Assembly (NCBI GenBank): GCA_964187785.1
Contig: OZ076409.1
Location: forward strand, 24,120,001-24,184,000
Direction: 5' to 3'
Source of the DNA: Amphiscolops sp. MND2022
Taxonomy: Eukaryota
Length of the DNA: 64,000 bases
The notes beneath the pieces were generated by a model. It did no database searches. It worked only from the letters and a program-made list of their open reading frames with translations, and had not been told where the DNA came from. Both the position numbers and the translations under genes were made by a program. Of the stretch, positions 53,601-61,470 are shown piece after piece; position 1 is the stretch's first letter, and each line of letters opens with the position of its first letter.

Positions 53601-56321
53601 TTACGGCGTCTTTGAGATCTGCCAAGCAGAAGGACGTGGGTTCGAGTCCAACCTTGACCAAATTCTTTTTGTGCAGATTTTTTCGACTTTGTGATACTTT
53701 TTTCGCAAATTTTTTTTAATGTCTCCAAAAGGTCCCCCCTTCATTTTTTCCTAATTTGCAAAAAAAAGGATGTTCAAAAACTCCCAAAGGCCCCTTTTAC
53801 ATTTTTCGGCTCTATGCGACTTACCGGAGACTAAAAAAATTTCGACAAAAATTCGGAAAAAAATTCAAGAAAACTTCGGATTTTTTTTCAAGTTTTTCCT
53901 CACGCAGGTACTGCTGAAGAGAATACTTGAGAAATTGAAGTCCTTTGGCTATTTTTGAGCCTTAGATATGTCGCTGTCTTGGGCCGTTCCCGGCTTCTTT
54001 AACAATAAACATACCTCATAAACCGGTTTCTTATGCGTATGCTAGAAATAAACGTCAGATACATATTTTGCCCAAATGTTCGTCCAGAAGTACTGAAATG
54101 AAGCGCTCTAATCTCATACATACATGGTAAAATGGAGGAAAAGTTTTGACTTGCTGGTTCTAATGGGTTACATGTCATTTCGGCATATGCAATTTCAACC
54201 TATGCAATTCCAACCGCTGTCATTTCAACCTATTACACTTTCAACCGCTTGCAATGTCAACAGAATGCTATTTCACCCGCTTGCAATGTCAACATAATGC
54301 TATTTCAACCGCTTGCAATTTCAATCGCTTGCAATTTCAACCTTTTTTAATTAGTTCAAGGTTGTTGCGTTCTTTGCGAACGTCCTAAAACTAATTGAAC
54401 ATAATCGGAGCGCGGCAAAATAAAAGCACACACTGTCAAGACGCATAATATTGAACGCATTCAAAACTTTTTTGCACTAAAGTTTGCATTGAACGAAAAA
54501 GACAGAATGATGTAATGGTTTGACACAATTTGAAAAGCGTTCAACAACATGCAATTCGCGATCAAAAACTTATCATCGATGACGTCCATTTGAAAGTGTG
54601 AAAATGAAGTGACAGAAGATTCGTGATAAGAAAGTTTTTGGATAAACGCTATTAAAAATCGTCATTCTTTAAAACCAATTCAGTTACAATTAACAATTGA
54701 GACAAGTGCTACTCCTTTAATAGGTTGGTCTGATTCCTCTGTCACGCTCTTGTGGTTTCACTGGCATGGTTCTAATGTGGCTACATCAAAGAGCAGTTAT
54801 GGGGAGTAGTGCGCCAGCCTTCGGTACCCGGGGGAGGACACAACCGGGTGCCAGTTAATTATTACTGAAAAAAAGTATTCTAATTGTAAGAATTGAAATT
54901 AGCAAAACGCGAAGTTCAAATGCACACTCACAAAAATGAATCATATCAAAAAAGAAAGTAACAAATCAATGCAGCAAAATAGTTCAGTGTTTTCATCTAA
55001 AGTTGGCGACTGCTCGCAAATGGGGCTGGGCATTTAATTGATTAGTATTTCGTGCATCTCCAATGAATGCAACTTGAAGTGACTTGTTTTTGATTGTAAC
55101 AGTAACCGTTGTGTACTGCAACATTGCCCCCTCTAGTTGATTTTTTGATTTGAATTAACGATTTGAACTTTGAGATTCAAAATTAGTGGACTTGCTGTTT
55201 AGACTGGTTGCACTTCAGTTGACTTCGCTATTTATACTATTAAAACGTTGCAAGTAATTATCACATGTCAAAATGAAAGATTATTGTCAGTTGCTGTGAT
55301 AGGTTGAAATTGCCGTAGGTTGAAAGTGCAAAAGGTTGAAAGTGTGAACGGATGAAATTGCAAGCGGTTGAAATTGTGAACGATTGAATTGGCAGCGGTT
55401 GACATTGTATAGGACGAAATGTCCTGACACCTTCTAATGATACTGGGGCGGTATCAGGTTCGAATCTCTCTCAACTCGCCATTGTTGGTCCTTAAGGAAG
55501 TCAGTCCTTCATCACTAGTTTAGTGGTATTGTCAGTGACAAAATATAAAGCATTTGGCGGAGAGAAGCAAAAATAAGAGTAAAGTAGAGCATTTGAGTAA
55601 GTCACTTTGCAACCACAGCTTCAAGGCGACCATTGCTTGATCACTTGGTTACAAAAATGATACCATACCTTGCTTCTATCTGCCGGGAAATAGAAAAGCA
55701 TAAATGCTCATTCGGCGTCCACATCGCGAAATCAGGCCCAAGGGTTTTTTCGGCAGTGCGACATTTTTCAGAGTTTGTAACAACCTTGTAACATTTTTAT
55801 GCATTTAGTCGTTCTCGTCCGATTCAGAGGTTGGCTACTCTTTAGAACTATTCAAATAATACCTCCTTGAGTGGCGAACATTTTATGCTGAACTAGTGAA
55901 AATTCTGCCTGTTATAAGTTACCACTACACAAAAATTAGGTGAACTGCTAAAATTCAGCAGTGAACAACTTCTATGCATGAAATATTCAAGTGAAGTGGA
56001 ACCAACATACAAATTTCGAAAGCATGACACGTTAAAAACTTCAGTTTCATTTTAGGCAGAATTTTTCCGCGAAAAAATTAATGACTAACCTTGTGTGTGT
56101 TTAGCAAAGCTATTGACCACAGAATTAACTGCCTCTCTTAAAGCGTTTTTGGATGATGTGGAAGAAGATGATTGAGTGTTGCCACCCCTGTGTCTTCTGG
56201 AGCCGCCGCTGCCACCGCCGGGGCCCCCTCCTCCTCCCTGATTGGATGACGATTTGGCTGGATTGAACCTCCCACTTCCAGTGGAACTTCCGGCCGAACT
56301 TCCAGGACTGCTGTATGACAT
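11487..56321 (-). CDS. LIX1L: LIX1/LIX1-like (lowfat) protein, 4 coding exons: join 56321-56090, 14561-14386, 13847-13486, 11673-11487; 318 aa
   Basis: Spliced product contains the LIX1 family signature: [36 protein letters not shown]...[37 protein letters not shown]...[24 protein letters not shown]...|MAQDWVSRE...KELRFLFEK. All introns are GT-AG with compatible phases (1, 0, 2); total 957 nt = 319 codons. Confidence 0.95.
13131..13378. mobile_element. Small MITE-like element with (C/G)GTCGAA subterminal repeats
   Basis: Left GGTATCAAGGAAACCTCGTCGAA... and right ...TTCGGCGAGTTTTCCTGATTC are imperfect inverted repeats; TSD not clear. Confidence 0.55.
13486..13847 (-). CDS. LIX1L: LIX1L coding exon 3
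   Basis: Acceptor TTCAG|AAC, donor [23 protein letters not shown] and MLEFQE...LLHWN motifs. Confidence 0.95.
14386..14561 (-). CDS. LIX1L: LIX1L coding exon 2
   Basis: Acceptor TTCCAG|GT, donor [20 protein letters not shown] and [13 protein letters not shown] motifs. Confidence 0.93.
15968..16693 (+). repeat. Putative 5' LTR of the Gypsy element
   Basis: TGTAACGTC...GACGTTACA 9-bp terminal inverted repeat, internal AATAAA near 16398, PBS-like motif shortly after. No second copy in the window and no matching TSD, so not a solo LTR. Confidence 0.6.
16710..16727 (+). promoter_or_regulatory. Primer-binding site, tRNA-Lys-like
   Basis: TGGCGCCCCACAAGGGAC matches the tRNA-Lys3 PBS TGGCGCCCGAACAGGGAC at 15/18; it lies 16 nt after the putative LTR end. 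Confidence 0.55.
19536..19594 (+). repeat. 3 x 20-bp tandem repeat in the Gypsy leader
   Basis: AGTGCATGTAATCTTGAGTT / AGTGCATGTAATTTTGAGTT / AGTATATGTAACCTTGAGT. Confidence 0.85.
19786..23979 (+). CDS. Gypsy Gag-protease ORF (coiled coil, capsid, 2 CCHC knuckles, protease-like repeat, aspartic protease, dUTPase-like remnant)
   Basis: Capsid-type [38 protein letters not shown] (22216-22257) and [14 protein letters not shown] (22411-22452); MIDTGSGVS (DTG 23077-23085) with [19 protein letters not shown]...VALRNQT...IGKA degenerate dUTPase-like segment. First ATG at 19822. Confidence 0.9.
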   Translation: MLNRNARNQASEMSLSEWEYLIPLNEASWESDGFHATNPIARDIEELSTLSTQAEIATPDVIADIFLDNLMSDNLSNVEQNSRIAQSSQQSSSQASSDSAELANETPMNRNNVWPPLNTSVIMTGDWPNSNRELATSSDISKWVENMNVGMTLGEITPHLGTSVDPLDSGAPAFGTKGDTLEDTAVVPSGTQLGKRKTRKEVALPNYALTTPPLMNPSTLQLERTTTSQHSDAGSVASPNSTIARGIKETEAIREDFGRNMEQLKQVQVKLAQENNNHVRQAETLVMEMETLRKEVSEIKMEGRVNQGKIEASMGSIKDLTEKRISEMTAIMMQRDHQADERLKHMSEMMHRRDLDVDKRIVDLMTTVQDLTLGVKTVVATVPNRPSPVPVALNSADVPSTSAFHTQHPTYREIAQRQSVTKTDQTNQPKLQPPAMYKKVPVKTQVSTANRTEVQHCDISGPPSFDPYARGASTTGDYYSAVSSQMPNDIKTASGNTEYQTAVSSMLGTERPAISYGNNQLRPLTSSTQRKATSRRNLNTATVVEPAKDSTPNPIYSQTLAEAITTAMSKGLEPLLAAKETKNKPTKYRGTRDGIVDGWLMLMKRYLQKAHAKDTPLDKAWTIVEFLENEARDYITNKSEAERDTDEKVFALLARRFGTGSNKIQIQQQFRTRNQSPDEDYMQYLDALEGLRSQGFPNEEVAVRRYEIMQRFIEGVRSFELKRNLALMYAQEQYVDTPPTVEALRFTVQQYLRMRGSARLENYPAPQQQQQQPPVAANQQNQMQAPAPQAPAAQHLPQQPAAFRQQPQRTCFNCGDPSHFVADCPLKDRARKPVQQAVNSCRTNLAGEWVCPSNPRGMNDDVMPATLPEQGTSAFCVNCGHTGHVASDCMMPDNVATEEQVKAAWYAPGTNSTGFRDTEDQVRVISTSEEGGPSRPVVVTCGEKQILTTLEAPAPDCTETLISIHLLLSAEQRARPNLTLAQLKEELCRNTNLTIASRPLPHFTRSDETKLAPIQKVKTIAPVPIAITVDGVDMRFDAIVVLEGHFPQRLYLGRQELRCYNIGVQDAQGEAQIDERASLVVAFGTPLQKPIPLFGMIDTGSGVSILSLSAYKKIASPHELNLSPYDIELFAANGKSITTVGIAEDVSFQLGGYTLKTNFVVIADHIGSEDFLLGRNFLRTYNVLVDLTAMKVTIRDPKTPRIFKAVHEVSEHEPSFVISAEEVVLGPFERKIVRAKIITQQPDEFHFRNVMVHSCNMKSKSVFVSEDTLTSVGAEGMIFVALRNQTDKERVRIKAQTVIGKAALTTFVLNSVPLQNRGDDSKLSVEFVNQVHKDIDMDTSSEFSSFAQNFLSSTEPSEVDWSESEKRKRTDPQLLKAIPGPDLSSVFSSWGKRRETS
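23952..29419 (+). pseudogene. Gypsy pol (RT, RNase H, integrase, C-terminal extension with macrodomain-like repeats), disrupted
   Basis: [40 protein letters not shown]; RNase [21 protein letters not shown]; integrase [30 protein letters not shown]. Segments 24440-29419 share one frame with in-frame stops at 25424, 26204 and 27905; frameshifts near 23955 (G-run) and 24535. Confidence 0.92.
29619..33947 (+). CDS. Gypsy accessory ORF2 (1442 aa) of unknown function with an SGNH/GDSL-like domain
   Basis: Uninterrupted 4.3-kb ORF 200 nt after the pol stop, same strand and similar composition; second in-frame ATG at 29742; SGNH-like blocks at about 31206-31760. No clear signal peptide or Cys-rich env ectodomain. 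Confidence 0.8.
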   Translation: MLVVFQFSPACSPARDTTSNTTNNLQFVNNHTPLKVLPFSLMDQSSRSRLPCPPRPVSSSSSLTVAEPQTRTDQLGLTQTNAQLDVSPTLATGLAMLTAQLQTLQTHPDFTLSISIGIGSYCRTAKLHNGTWQGHDLTHHFDDHRSSLPYNEPNWPSMEQQQVRPNPSQISVATPITAPESAIDNLPTQPTATQQFVCILPTTPSPMLSSPLVRPPSSSISVRRLEDTNTGLMLPSPFRGEGVEEAKEARTNAQNTDNTTENTRMSQKPRVITMRNPFDVPIMTEVIGSLDSYDALLPSTSSDPQHLIGFQADPDLHEQQKEQEKAERQTAKVPIDLRDVLNKKEQNKIEQLAQKKRARDLANADATNSSPNPSPIQQPEARRVRFSDELLSQTEAQQYDITARDAVRLQREVKSGNPDSDLDVQKFDTATSKGNPEDVKNLEKASNGMHYLRPVKKPTLLLDRIPPWFERVREGLHKDKSSLVKPLPSKVKLSVQRPARYDDQLLKSRDFMRDVTTLLPMGKEMLQKTRIALLMDSTMKATANMNNTLMDVRVMNLPCTSLEEMTEVTCKVFGPAVNHTETISFPPLLIYSNVIDHLAFRATLKYFEGGNHRLTEELMTGEVAAYVEAMRTVIRHVQKKKPTIGVIFVSPPGYVLLPKPLQQFLYLVSEAAYAQNLYFHIVAPNLRISALTWRPCENSYPAFLAEISKAVQAYTGYQENSQLLADDATAFDFGMQMAHRTFDENGVRQVKGPNEKEKSNMIDNGWFEKRDESTLDEKTHDAKFHKELVALFKRTEEIKQARTNATVFPVATQAVDSKPSMVSPTLVLITVLARKIARENRTNPEHSYQSWHEKLQETLAEVAERHGIPFPIFLYNISPFWVPTMVQSESSLDEQQIKLYVEAMQRATISEILAYLMAVGLGSFYKGPVHLVHKLILEKANTYLFSFLIFAKNQRNWVSATLNTLDPAGALKLRAQLAENIETMLTWVYSTWVNVSGVMSTLDDSSSQNRNNKNLPGFLFPSQVASLMLVETEDLVPVIAPIVWPIFGSMMALRYPTQPLRVAASTPTLSILHFVDPEDDTRLPDLHTLVRSFVNFRPPMAYTVIKDRKQVEHNFVTLIRARARCAVPMSLAFHPVEWLHVPIKPNTGTVQDFTSWDEPGILRALSDAIQRLGGRRKGSTLEQLRHRTVRDTSRMYNPRTEPQPDTATILSSTTCWANPPMIDCTVHKNYQTLKAITPKIAKEPSRKILPISDEVPKNPKMAMEIFMNLIAKQKEEGNSVYASYLIAIQTYREMFMKYGHLDLADQLPKLRPAGSTTEQAARHEEVSAGGSTTSAVSTTSSVNTVQTAAATTTNISTSNANQITQMTDNITITQSDDTTQLQNNLEDRHGFLSQIQAADIELELNELPSLDQQDLPQSDVLTASLNEVLQEQDVAMNQAGHE
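34192..34506 (+). repeat. BEL-2 5' LTR remnant (last 315 bp)
   Basis: Matches 41970-42284 with 3 differences counted by eye. Confidence 0.93.
34510..34527 (+). promoter_or_regulatory. Primer-binding site, tRNA-His-like
   Basis: TGGTGCCGCGACCCGGGA, identical to the BEL-1 PBS. Confidence 0.75.
34577..41155 (+). pseudogene. BEL-2 gag-pol polyprotein (~2190 codons) with two nonsense codons
   Basis: ORFs 34577-38098, 38138-40462 and 40502-41155 are in one frame, separated only by TGA (38096) and TAG (40460); DUF1759, three knuckles, CDTGS, YMDD, HIFSDAS and integrase DDE motifs are present. Confidence 0.94.
41131..42284 (+). repeat. BEL-2 3' LTR (1154 bp)
   Basis: Starts TGTTGGCGCC after the same GAAAACGGGGCCGGCAT tract as BEL-1; ends ...CAGACGTAAAA like the 5' remnant. 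Confidence 0.92.
42488..43033 (+). repeat. Arrays of ~15-bp AAAATCTCCTAGGTT units, probably MITE subterminal fragments
   Basis: Tandem units at about 42495-42595 and 42990-43033. Confidence 0.6.
43371..43694. mobile_element. MITE with GG termini and 8-bp TSD (Merlin/MULE-like non-autonomous)
   Basis: TIRs GGTTCTAGGAAATTACGCCCAA / TTGGGCGTAATTTCCGGACACC, subterminal AATTACGCCCAA repeats, TSD CTCCATTG / CCCCATTG. Confidence 0.8.
43873..44412 (+). mobile_element. Helentron-associated (DINE-1/HINE-like) non-autonomous element
   Basis: 5' CAAGCCGGGAACGGCCAAAGTCGGCG and 3' ...CGCCGACTA form subterminal inverted repeats; internal AAAGGGGGACCCTTT units; related copies at 52975-53995, ~59560-59756 and ~60565-60702. 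Confidence 0.6.
46716..47771 (+). mobile_element. Non-autonomous CMC/EnSpm-like element
   Basis: TIRs CCCGGGTCGACCCT / AGGGTCAACCAGGG, 2-bp TSD TG, many subterminal CAAGATCTTG palindromic repeats. Confidence 0.75.
48595..48924. repeat. 31-bp tandem CAAGATC-rich array ending in a CCCAGTCGAAC-type TIR (partial EnSpm-like element)
   Basis: Units CCAAGATCAGGCATTTTCTTCCAAGTTACTT repeated about 6 times; terminal GTTCGACTGGG. Confidence 0.65.
52975..53995 (-). mobile_element. Tandem/nested Helentron-associated elements, one carrying a tRNA-like segment
   Basis: Duplicated 3'-type hairpin ends (TAGTCGGCGCCTTTTCCCTTAAGGAAAAAAGCCCGACT) at ~52976 and ~53034; 5'-type ends at ~53494 and ~53995; A/B-box-like TGGCATAGAGG...GGTTCGAGTCC at ~53590-53650. 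Confidence 0.6.
54122..55580 (+). mobile_element. tRNA-derived SINE-like element interrupted by a MITE
   Basis: Removing 54166-55439 joins A-box-like TGGTAAAATGG to B-box GGTTCGAATC; the tail aligns with 59128-59290. Confidence 0.55.
54166..55431. mobile_element. MITE with GG termini and perfect 8-bp TSD
   Basis: TIRs GGTTACATGTCATTTCG / CGAAATGTCCTGACACC, arrays of (GC)AATTTCAACC repeats inverted at the two ends, TSD TTCTAATG at 54158-54165 and 55432-55439. Confidence 0.85.
56090..56321 (-). CDS. LIX1L: LIX1L coding exon 1
   Basis: First ATG after an in-frame stop; Gly/Ser-rich N-terminus then [18 protein letters not shown]; donor G|GTTAGT. Confidence 0.92.
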
Positions 56322-56332
56322 TGTACTGATGA

Positions 56333-56468
56333 TGTCACGTGATTCACACGAAGTAGAAATCACAGGCTCTCGTTATTTGTGTCACGCGATATGGGTCACG
56401 TGGTTTGAGCGAAGTCACGTAGTTTGTGTCACGTGATCTGAAGTGTAGAGATATTTGTGTCACGTGGT
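56333..56468. promoter_or_regulatory. E-box (GTCACGTG) cluster just upstream of the LIX1L start codon
   Basis: CACGTG at 56336, 56397, 56430 and 56461, each preceded by GT, plus near-matches GTCACGCG and GTCACGTA. Confidence 0.5.
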
Positions 56469-59127
56469 ATTGTGACTGTTGAAGGGTGAGGATAAAATTG
56501 AAGGTGAGGATACAGCGTTTGTGGCACGGGTACTGCAGGGTGCTAGCAGGGAGTATGAATCAAACAGCTAAACTGACTTCGGGGGCTCCTGCCTCGATGT
56601 TATGACAGCAATTGCGGGCTGCTCCAACGAAGCAGGAAAGAACGGCAAGGTAAATAGTGTGGTAGGGATTTAATGGCACTAAAACAACAAACTAGAGCTG
56701 TACCGCTTTTGTGCTGACAGTTTTAGTGAGATTTAAGTGGTGCGTTTGTTTTGTTTATCTTGACCAATTCACCTAAGCTAGGATTATGCCACGTCTATAA
56801 GTTTCAGCTGATCACAGGTAAATCTAATTAGGTCTAGACTTGCAAACCCATATCATACAAATTGGGAAAATGTGGCCTCTAAGTTGGACCATGTCGCGTA
56901 CTCGTTGCAAAGTAAAGTGCACACAAGTTAACCCGTATGTTGGGTCCTTATTGGACCGGGAGTTTTCATTTTGTGGGCACCACTTCGCTTATTGTTGTCA
57001 TAAGTGGAGACCTAAACATTCTTTGGCACTTTGCAACCAGAATACCATCTCACGTACAAAAGAAGATCAAGCGCTAGTTATTTTAGCTGCTAAATGGTAA
57101 GTGCACATTTGTACAAATAATGTCCACATATCTTTCAACTAACTGTACAATCTCAGCTGAAATAAATCAGGCTGCCTTAATTAATTGCAGTCAATTTGTC
57201 AGAGATTAGTATCAAATTAGTCTGTTCAAATCAAACCAGTTACTCAAGCTCACACTTCGCTTGAGTATTTTCAACCCAGAAAACCAGGATCAATATGAAA
57301 CGAATTGAACCCCAGTTTGTTCGCTTTAGTCTCCCGCAGTTTGGCAAAGTGCAAAAATAAGCAGGTCTCATCCACCGGCTGCAAGTTGGCAATGAGAAAA
57401 TTAAGAGTGGAAATTCTAAACATCCATATTTTGGGGATCTCTTAAGATAAACTCAAAGACAATCTTTGTTTTGTTTAGACGCCGCTAAATCTAAACACAT
57501 TGCAGAGCTAAGATCCACACTTTTATTTCACGTGTTTATCAAATGCCTCATATGAACAGATTAGCGAGATAATTTGTTTGTATTTTGCTAATACCACTGA
57601 CGGTGAAACGCCGGCCCTCCGAAACGGACCTCCGTTTCACTTTTGTCCTTGTTGATACCAGATTGCCGCGTAATACCAATCTCCGCCTCTTTTTTGAAAC
57701 AATAATCTCAATAGTCCATCCCGCTACCACCATCGCCATGATTACAGCATATTGCGCCGAAACTGCAAGTGTTTTCTCTAGCCACATAAAAGCATAGGAT
57801 TCTAGCTGTCACCGGCCTCCATATATAACCGCGGCATTAGCGAAGGAGTGGAGAATTTTGTCGAGACAATAAGAGCTCAGCCTATTTGGTATTATCATAA
57901 ACATTAATTTATTGTTTTAACAAAACACTAAAATTTAATCGTTGTCTGTCTTTGTTGCCTTCATTTAAAAATTTCCATGAACATAATTGTTTTTTTTTGG
58001 TATTGAAAAAGAGAATGACGCTAGTTTCTTATGAAATGTGTTTTTTATTTGTGGTTTCACCACAAAAAATTCAATAATTTGTCAGCGCTTCGATAAAAAT
58101 ATCAGCGGCTACATGGATGGAATGTTTAGAGTTTTTTTGAAATGAAAAAAATGCACTTAGATAAGAAAGTATTTGCGAACTTAAACAATTTTTGGCAAGA
58201 TGAGGTCTGAATAAACACGGATCCAGCACCTCAATATCATTTGTTTTTTAATGGATGTACTTGTGTGGCTCTGTAGAATAATACCATGCCATTGCAATAA
58301 ACCTTTGCGTGGACCCGTTTAATTTTACGAATCCGAACTCTGATAGAGTTTGATTCTAAAAAGGACGGTAGAGTTCAAGTCGATAACTTTGTACCACTCA
58401 TCAACCAAAAAAGCTACCGTGTTCTGCTTATTATAAGACATGTCTTATATTTTCAGTAAACAAATTTGGTGTCTACATGACTTATTTTGGGGAAATGACT
58501 TATTTTTACAAAAATAGCATGGCAGTGTATATGCATTGAACTCATTCGTGTTTATTATTAGTCGCTAATATGTCTTATATTTTCAGAATGCAGTCAAAAT
58601 TAACAAGTGTCTTACTTTGGGAAGTGTCTTGTAATGAACAAAACACAGTAGTTTGCTCAAGTTTTAAGCAGAAAATTACTGAACAAAAAATTTTTCTTCA
58701 TGTTCGATTGACAGAAAAACATTATCGACGAACAAAAAAAGAAGAACTGGCAGTTTTTAGTGGATGGGCTTTAAGGCGACATTTCATCTCTTTGCGTAAA
58801 ACCATTTTGCAACAATCTCCTGCATACTTTCAAGATTCTTCGCATAATGATCTTTAATACGCGCTCAAGTCTAATGAAATCGGGCTTTTGAGAAAGCTAA
58901 CCTGCTATACTCGCTTTTAGTTTTTTTCGTACCAGTTTTGTGTACTTCGCTAAATGACATGTGCACCATGTGGCTTAAGAGTTCTGATGTATATCTTTCA
59001 CAATCTTTTTCTATTCAGATCATTTCAAAACCTGAGCTCTCCTTTTCTGCTCTTCACACATCACACTCCTCTCGTTCAGACTGAGGAGTGTATTATTTTG
59101 ACATTTGGTATTAGCACGAAGAACATG

Positions 59128-59290
59128 ACATGGTGTAGTGGTTAGAGCATTCGAACTCTCATGGGGTGGTATCAAATCTTTCTCAATTCACCGTTATTGG
59201 GCCTTAAGCACGTCCTTCTTCCTTAGCTTAGTGGCATGGCTAGTGAGTGGCAGAACAGAACACATTTGGAGGAGAAAATCAGAATGACAA
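59128..59290 (+). mobile_element. Degenerate tRNA-derived SINE-like copy
   Basis: TGGTGTAGTGGTTAGAGCA tRNA-like head; body similar to 55440-55580. Confidence 0.5.
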
Positions 59291-61470
59291 AAGCAGCGGC
59301 AAGCAGGCGAAACTTTGTTGACTTGAGAAAGTTGCTTTGAAACTAAAGTTTGCAGCCGATCATTGCTTGACCGTGCAAATGTGAAGCATTGCTGTTGACA
59401 TACGTTGCTTGGATATGCTGAAGCTTTTCCAAAATATTTCATTACTAATCTAACTCAGGGCGCAATATATGCCTCCATGTGCTCAGCGGGCGTTGTGTGT
59501 CACAATTATTTCTGCTAAACTTGCTGATGAATGAACATTAATTCGCTTTTTTGCCTCGTAGGGTACGTTTAAAAACTAAAAAATGAAAAAGGGGACCCTT
59601 TGGAATAAATTAGATGCGTTTCCCAGGTATTCGTTTACTTAAACAAAGTGAACAAAAATTTCGTCGCATTCAATGTTGTCTTGAAGAAAAAAAAGATAGA
59701 AAAAAAACGAGTGACTGTAATAATCGGGCTCTTTTATTCTGAAAGCGCTGACTAAAAACTGGGTTTTTGTTTATAGCACTCGCTTAAGCAAGTACTTCTG
59801 GTAACTCAGCACAGACCAGTAAAAAGTGGAACTCATCAGCATTCACTTGATCCTTACGGACTGGACAATGCGTTTCCTTTACCTATGTATTTTTTCCGTG
59901 ATCTCTGTTTTAATCAGTGTAGCACATCTACTCAATTCAATTCTACATTTTGTCTTCATGATAAAAATATATGGTTCTATTCGATGTTCGTATTTAAATT
60001 AAGCATGCTCTCTGCAGTTTGAGTTATTTATCACTGATGTCCTGCACTGATGTATTGACGCATCTTATATACCTTTCGCGTGGTATATTCTTCAAAGTGA
60101 CCATCATTAACACTATGAAGAACGTGTAAAGAACGTGTTTCGTCTTAAAAAATTTTCACGAGAAATTCAGAAACTTTCAAACAGAAGTATTGAGCTGCCA
60201 AATGAATATTTTTTGCGCGTTAGCAATTTTTGAACGAAAAGTGTAGTCTGTGTTTATAGCTTAATTGGCACCCATGTTCGATTTACTTTGTCTCATTTAT
60301 AGAAATTTTTTAATTGTCTCATTTAAAACAGTTTTTAATCGAAGACTACGTACGAACTGTATATATAGAACGATTGAACGTTGCCCTCGACTGCCCTCTT
60401 GCCTTTGGTTGTAGTAGCCAAACCTCTCTTTGAACAGAGAGTTCTACTATTGTGAGCTGCCCTATAAATAAATCACTCAGAATCAAAAATGAAAGACTCA
60501 CGAAATAGAGTAGCAAGTTTTTTTGTGTCCAGCAATCAATTTTTGACTTTTTCAAAAAGAAAAGAGTCTATTTAATCCCAAAGGTTACGTTTCGGCACTG
60601 ATTTTCCCTAATTTTTACAAAAACCGCCTGTTAGTTAAATTGAAAGACTATGCACTTTTCGAGCCTTCGACGGCGCGCCGACTTGAGACGTTCGTGTCTT
60701 GCTTTTCGTTTTTTTTTCAATAATTTCCTCAGGTGATTCATTCTTTTCGTTCGCGTGCTTTCACATTTCATCTTTCGCAGCTTTTGATCATGTCACAGTT
60801 ATTACGCTCTTGATTAAGTAGGGTTTGATGTGGACACAAATTTCAACACAAAATCAGAAACAGTGAGATAAACGTCGAAAATGGTCAGAACACTGTTAAT
60901 CACGTCGAATGATTTTTGTGTTAGCGACTGAGTTTCCAAACATTAGGAAAACGCAAAATGTACCCGACACAGCGAACGTAGTGTCAACTGTTAAACATTT
61001 GCATAATACTGTTGTACTTTCTGCATTCAGTTCCTTGCAACTACGCTAAAAAGTATGAAAAAGTAAATAACTAGTTTCGAAAAAGTACGAGTTTTTTCTT
61101 GCCATTAAACAATGCATTCATCGATAAAATCAAGTAGAAAGTCAACTATCATGAAACAACTTCAAACCATGACATGTTATTTTATTTCCATCAATCTTCT
61201 TGAATAAAAGAGTGTCAATATCAAATGCACTTTGAATTTTTTCAGGAAAACAACCTCAATCAAAAAATTTTTTCTACGTAAGCTTTTATGCTTCATCGCT
61301 TGAAGCTTTTGATATTCAAAATCACAGCAAAGTCGGAACTTTTGAAATGCATATCTCTATCAATTTTTGATATACGTGATTCTAAAGAAATTCGATTTGA
61401 AAGAAACGGTATTTCCGAATTTGGTCCGATTCGAGTTTTTTTTGGAAAATTGATACAGGTGTGTTGAGTT

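Noticed and set aside
53585..53660. Functional tRNA gene
   Set aside because: A and B boxes are present but I could not build a convincing cloverleaf, and it is embedded in a repeat.
57548..57870. Possible exon encoding a hydrophobic segment plus basic tail (minus strand)
   Set aside because: In-frame stop just upstream, no recognisable homology, no clear splice partners.
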